This document shows, one piece after another, positions 60,441 to 64,000 of a DNA stretch of 64,000 bases. Source of the stretch: Methanomicrobia archaeon JdFR-19 (GTDB lineage Archaea; Halobacteriota; Methanosarcinia; DSM-18856; Methermicoccaceae); the NCBI GenBank assembly GCA_002010075.1, contig MTMG01000013.1, positions 72,796 to 136,795 of the forward strand. The letters are read 5' to 3'. The position numbers and the translations under genes are program-made. The notes below the pieces were generated by a model. It saw only the letters and a list, made by a program, of their open reading frames with translations, was not told where the DNA came from and searched no databases. The first letter of the stretch is position 1. Each line of letters starts with the position of its first letter.

Positions 60441-61619
60441 TCATGACCCCTCTATTTCGCATTCATACTCGTAGTTGAAGAGATTCTCCTTCACAACCTC
60501 CCCGTCTGGCACAACAACCTCTGGCCAGATTCTCACTCCAGAATGTACAACAACTCCGTTCTTGATCACAGTCCTTGGCCCAATCACACAACCGCTCTCG
60601 AGTGTGCAGTCGTTTCCGATTGTCGTGTCTGAATCGACTATCGAACCGCTTACGGTGGTACCACACCCTATGCACACTCTATCGTACAAGTACGAGGAAA
60701 GTATCTTCGAGTTGTCCCTTATCACACATCCCGAACCTATCGATGTGTAGGGTCCTATCAGCACATTATCACCGATGGTCGTGTTCTCACCAATCACTAT
60801 TGGACCCACGAGCGAGGAGTTCATGCCTATCGAGATGTTCCCTCCTATCGATAGCTTGCCCCACAGCTTCGAACTCTTGGTGTTCAGTGTCCCGGTTATT
60901 CTGGTCTCGGTGAGGTTTTCGAGCATCCATTTCGATGCTTCTCTGTATGCCTCTGGACTCCCAACATCACTCCAGTGTCCACTCATCAGATATCCCTTTA
61001 TGATGTATCCTTTCTCCATCAGTGAGGGGAAGAGATTGTATGCGAAGTCGTACTTTCCCTCTGGTATGTAATCGAATATCATGGGGTCACACACATACAT
61101 ACCAGTGCTTGCGAGGTTCGAGAAAATCTCACCAACACTTGGTTTCTCCTTGAATCTGAGTATGTTTCCGTTCACATCGACATCTGCGATTCCGAAGCCA
61201 GAGGGGTCATCTATGCATATCAATCCAATGCTGACAGGTGAGTCATGGTGGAGATGGAAACGGTAGAACCTTCTCAAATCCACATCTGTAACATGGTCAC
61301 CTCCAACCACAAGAAACGGCTCACCATCCAACAGCTTCTGTGCGTTCTTCACACTTCCAGCGGTCCCAAGCGGTTCATCCTCATACACGTAATGAATGCT
61401 CACTCCGTAAAGAGAGCCATCTCCCAGAACCTCCTCGATGTGCTCTCCCATGTATCCAAGCGTTACCACGATGTCTGTGAAGCCGTTATTCGATAAATGG
61501 TCGACAAGTCTCGCAACCGATGGCTTGTTCAGAATCGGAATGGCAGGTTTGGGTCTATCAAATGTGAGAGGTCTCAACCTTGTTCCTCTTCCACCACACA
61601 TAATACAAGCCTTCAACAT
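60441..61619 (-). CDS. Sugar-1-phosphate nucleotidyltransferase with C-terminal left-handed beta-helix domain (GlmU/RmlA-like)
   Basis: GGRGTRLRPLT nucleotide-binding motif and C-terminal hexapeptide repeats. The likely start is the Met of MLKACIMCGG. Confidence 0.8.
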   Translation of the reverse strand: MLKACIMCGGRGTRLRPLTFDRPKPAIPILNKPSVARLVDHLSNNGFTDIVVTLGYMGEHIEEVLGDGSLYGVSIHYVYEDEPLGTAGSVKNAQKLLDGEPFLVVGGDHVTDVDLRRFYRFHLHHDSPVSIGLICIDDPSGFGIADVDVNGNILRFKEKPSVGEIFSNLASTGMYVCDPMIFDYIPEGKYDFAYNLFPSLMEKGYIIKGYLMSGHWSDVGSPEAYREASKWMLENLTETRITGTLNTKSSKLWGKLSIGGNISIGMNSSLVGPIVIGENTTIGDNVLIGPYTSIGSGCVIRDNSKILSSYLYDRVCIGCGTTVSGSIVDSDTTIGNDCTLESGCVIGPRTVIKNGVVVHSGVRIWPEVVVPDGEVVKENLFNYEYECEIEGS

Positions 61620-61620
61620 A

Positions 61621-62436
61621 TCACCCCAACATATCAATAATTTGGTGATGGATGAAGGGGTTCGATGCTATCATATTCACCTTTGCCTTCACATCGAAAA
61701 CGCCCTTATGCTCTCGCCCCCCCTCATCTGTCACAACTCCCCCCGCCTCTTTCACGATGAGATAAGCACCACCGATATCCATCATCCTCAGGTATCCCCT
61801 GACATCAACAAATCCGTCAAGAATGCCAGCTCCCACATAGCACATTTCAAGCGAAGAACAGCCAAAAATCCTCAACCTCTTTGCCCTCTTTGCAAGGTTT
61901 GATATTTCGAGAGGTCTCTGAGAAAATCCATAGAGGCTGAGGTCAGATAAATCGAGGTCTGCAACCGTTGAGACATTTATGGGTATCTCGGTGCCTTTCC
62001 TTACAGCATATGCTCCTCCTCCCATGAACGCATAGTACTCGATGTCATGTGCAAGGTCATACACATAACCGAACCAGATATCGGAGAGTATTCTGTCCCC
62101 TATACCGATGGATACCGTGTAGAAAGGAATTCCTTCGATTGCGTTGGTTGTTCCATCGACTGGGTCGAGCAGAACCGTGAACTCGGGAGAGTCTCCGAAC
62201 CTCCTCTCCCCAGCCTCCTCACTTATCACCCTTATCGGGAAGTCCCATGTCTGAAACTCTTCGAATGCTACCCTCTCTGCGACATCATCTATCTTGTGGG
62301 TGGGCGTACCATCCGCACCCATGTACAGCTTCCTTGCTCCTTCCTCCTCTCCAACCAAAGGTTCTATCACATCTTTGACAGCATGTGCAACATTTCTGCA
62401 CAGTCTGAGTGCTGTTTTCTCACCGACATCAGACAT
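61621..62436 (-). CDS. suhB: Inositol monophosphatase / fructose-1,6-bisphosphatase family (archaeal SuhB-like)
   Basis: IMPase motifs DPVDGT and WDxAAG-like region. 271 aa. Confidence 0.8.
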   Translation of the reverse strand: MSDVGEKTALRLCRNVAHAVKDVIEPLVGEEEGARKLYMGADGTPTHKIDDVAERVAFEEFQTWDFPIRVISEEAGERRFGDSPEFTVLLDPVDGTTNAIEGIPFYTVSIGIGDRILSDIWFGYVYDLAHDIEYYAFMGGGAYAVRKGTEIPINVSTVADLDLSDLSLYGFSQRPLEISNLAKRAKRLRIFGCSSLEMCYVGAGILDGFVDVRGYLRMMDIGGAYLIVKEAGGVVTDEGGREHKGVFDVKAKVNMIASNPFIHHQIIDMLG

Positions 62437-62869
62437 CGAACACCCCTTCTGGCACCTCTATGAGCCTCTTTGCCTCAATATTTGATATATCTGTTTTCCC
62501 TTCAACCACCACAGTGCCGTTCGACTTGAGCGAGTCTATAACCACTCGTGGTCTTATTCTCACATCTCCTTTGCATAAAACCTCTCTCGTAAGCACACAT
62601 CCATCATGCACTTGCAGTTGCTCCTCGACCTGAACACCGCCCACCACTTTACAGTACGCACATATGATTGCCTTTTTTGCGAAGACCTGACCGCCCACAC
62701 TCGAACCCTTCCCGAGAATGAGCTCCCCTCTTACCACGAGGTCATTCCAGAACCTCACACCCGGACCTGTAATGAGATTTCCATTCACCCTCACGTTCCT
62801 GTCAAGGTATCCACTCGTTAGGATGTAGGTATGGGTTGGTTTGTGGAACCTCAGTTTAAATTCACCCAT
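62429..62869 (-). CDS. Bactofilin-like (DUF583) beta-helical protein
   Basis: 146 aa with repeated G.V.G-V hexapeptide-like rungs. Confidence 0.45.
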   Translation of the reverse strand: MGEFKLRFHKPTHTYILTSGYLDRNVRVNGNLITGPGVRFWNDLVVRGELILGKGSSVGGQVFAKKAIICAYCKVVGGVQVEEQLQVHDGCVLTREVLCKGDVRIRPRVVIDSLKSNGTVVVEGKTDISNIEAKRLIEVPEGVFDV

Positions 62870-62873
62870 CTGA

Positions 62874-63725
62874 TCACGCCTTTTTGCTTGAGCCGAACAG
62901 CCTTATCTTGGTCTTCACAACCTCTTTCATGGCATCCCTTGCGGGCCCGAGAATCTTCCTCGGGTCGTACACATCTGACTTACACACAACCTCTCTAACC
63001 GCATCTCTGAATGCCAGCCTCAATTCAGTGTCTATGTTTATCTTGTTTATACCGAGTCTTGTTGCCCTCCTTATATCATCATCGGGGATTCCAGATGCAC
63101 CGTGGAGTACGAGCGGAATATGGACAACCTCATCTATTTCCTTCAACCGGTCAAAATCGAGTTTTGGCTCTCCTTTGTATATGCCGTGTGCATTTCCGAT
63201 CGAAACAGCAAGGAAATCACAGTTTGTCTCCTCTACAAACTTCTGAGCCTCCTTGGGGTCTGTGAAGAAAGCTTCTCTTTCTGTGACCGATATCTCGTCC
63301 TCCACACCCACCAGCCTTCCGAGTTCCGCCTCAACAGGAACTCCCACTGTGTGTGCAACCTCGACAACCTTCTTCGTGAGGGCAACGTTCTCCTCAAACG
63401 GTAAAAACGACCCGTCTATCATCACTGACGTGAAACCAGCCCTTATGCACTTCATCACTGTTTCGAAATCAGGTCCATGGTCAAGATGGAGACTCATGGG
63501 AATGTCAACTTTGCTTGCTGCCGTATGCACAAGCTTCGCAATGTAGTCGATTCCAGCATACTTAATTGCACCCTTTGTTGCTGCCACAATAACGGGAGCA
63601 TCCTCCTCAACCGCCCCCTCCACAATAGCCTGCATGATTTCCATGTTGTTCATGTTAAAAGCCCCGACCGCATACCCCTCTTGATTTGCTTTTTCAAGCA
63701 GTTCTTTGTTGCTTACAAGCACCAT
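62874..63725 (-). CDS. fba: Class II fructose-bisphosphate aldolase
   Basis: 283 aa with class II FBA/TBPA motifs (LHLDHG, HGASG). Confidence 0.85.
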   Translation of the reverse strand: MVLVSNKELLEKANQEGYAVGAFNMNNMEIMQAIVEGAVEEDAPVIVAATKGAIKYAGIDYIAKLVHTAASKVDIPMSLHLDHGPDFETVMKCIRAGFTSVMIDGSFLPFEENVALTKKVVEVAHTVGVPVEAELGRLVGVEDEISVTEREAFFTDPKEAQKFVEETNCDFLAVSIGNAHGIYKGEPKLDFDRLKEIDEVVHIPLVLHGASGIPDDDIRRATRLGINKINIDTELRLAFRDAVREVVCKSDVYDPRKILGPARDAMKEVVKTKIRLFGSSKKA

Positions 63726-63741
63726 AAAAGCACCTCCTTAA

Positions 63742-63816
63742 CGGACCCGGCGCGATTCGAACGCGCGACCCCCGGGTTAGAAGCCCGGTGCTATATCCTG
63801 GCTAAGCCACGGGCCC
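63742..63816 (-). tRNA. tRNA-Arg (anticodon UCU)
   Basis: Cloverleaf with acceptor GGGCCCG/CGGGUCC, anticodon loop CUUCUAA and T-arm GCGCGUUCGAAUCGCGC. Confidence 0.85.
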
Positions 63817-63819
63817 ACA

Positions 63820-63892
63820 GGCCGGGACCGAGATTCGAACTCGGCTCTTGGCCTCCACAGGGCCAAAGGATAACCACTACCCTATCCCGGCC
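63820..63892 (-). tRNA. tRNA-His (anticodon GUG) with genomically encoded G-1
   Basis: Acceptor GCCGGGA/UCCCGGC plus an extra 5' G opposite discriminator C73. Anticodon loop CUGUGGA. It lies 3 nt from tRNA-Arg. Confidence 0.85.
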
Positions 63893-64000
63893 ACCTCAAT
63901 TTTATACAGTATGCATATCTATATTTAACCTTTGTTTTATTAGGTATTTGTGGTGTTTTTTAACACCTAGAAAGATTTAAAATTAAAAAGATTCAAGACC

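Noticed and set aside
63820-63892. Extra 5' G on tRNA-His as a coordinate error
   Set aside because: It pairs with discriminator C73. A genomically encoded G-1 is the normal archaeal arrangement.
1-64000. CRISPR array or other regularly spaced repeats
   Set aside because: I scanned intergenic regions and found only the short ACCGGATT pair (33602..33696) and an aaaaatatttat duplication at about 42880-42920. There is nothing with repeat-spacer periodicity.

Overview
This window is a mid-GC stretch of archaeal chromosome. It has about 68 tightly packed protein genes, five tRNAs, no rRNA and no CRISPR array. Gene content looks like a Thermoplasmata-like, probably methylotrophic methanogen: archaeal type II GAPDH, dehydroquinate synthase II, archaeosine tRNA-guanine transglycosylase, the GatCAB amidotransferase, class I LysRS, an MfnA-type decarboxylase, a P-type H+-ATPase, and a Pyl-type trimethylamine methyltransferase MttB with its corrinoid protein. 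This lineage assignment is my inference.

The main observation is that TAG behaves as a sense codon in this window. Nine conserved genes carry a single in-frame TAG, and the conserved protein sequence continues on both sides of it. None of the ~68 genes terminates in TAG (about 53 TGA and 15 TAA by my reading). The six-frame ORF track splits each of these genes in two, and I have re-joined them in the feature list. The MttB gene carries its TAG at the canonical pyrrolysine position, so pyrrolysine is the obvious candidate. However, the frequency is much higher than the classical Pyl usage, which is restricted to methylamine methyltransferases.

The second notable region is 30.6-40.6 kb, a virus-like island. 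It holds two divergently oriented head/tail-like gene modules: an S78/U35-like prohead protease with an encapsulin/HK97-fold capsid protein on the plus strand, and portal-like, scaffold-like, capsid- or tail-like genes on the minus strand. I see no terminase or integrase. The island includes a free-standing NrdD-type glycyl-radical domain protein of 92 aa.

Other notable items:
- A divergent TBP paralogue whose first repeat is degenerate.
- A strongly AT-rich islet carrying an ArsB/NhaD-type permease.
- An O2-detoxification cluster (Lrp, peroxiredoxin, desulfoferrodoxin, FprA, Isf, AfpA).
- A long translationally coupled operon: ade-hpt-trpS-ahcY-gatCAB.

Coordinates follow the supplied ORF track where possible. 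My own counts (tRNA ends, TAG positions) can be off by one in places.
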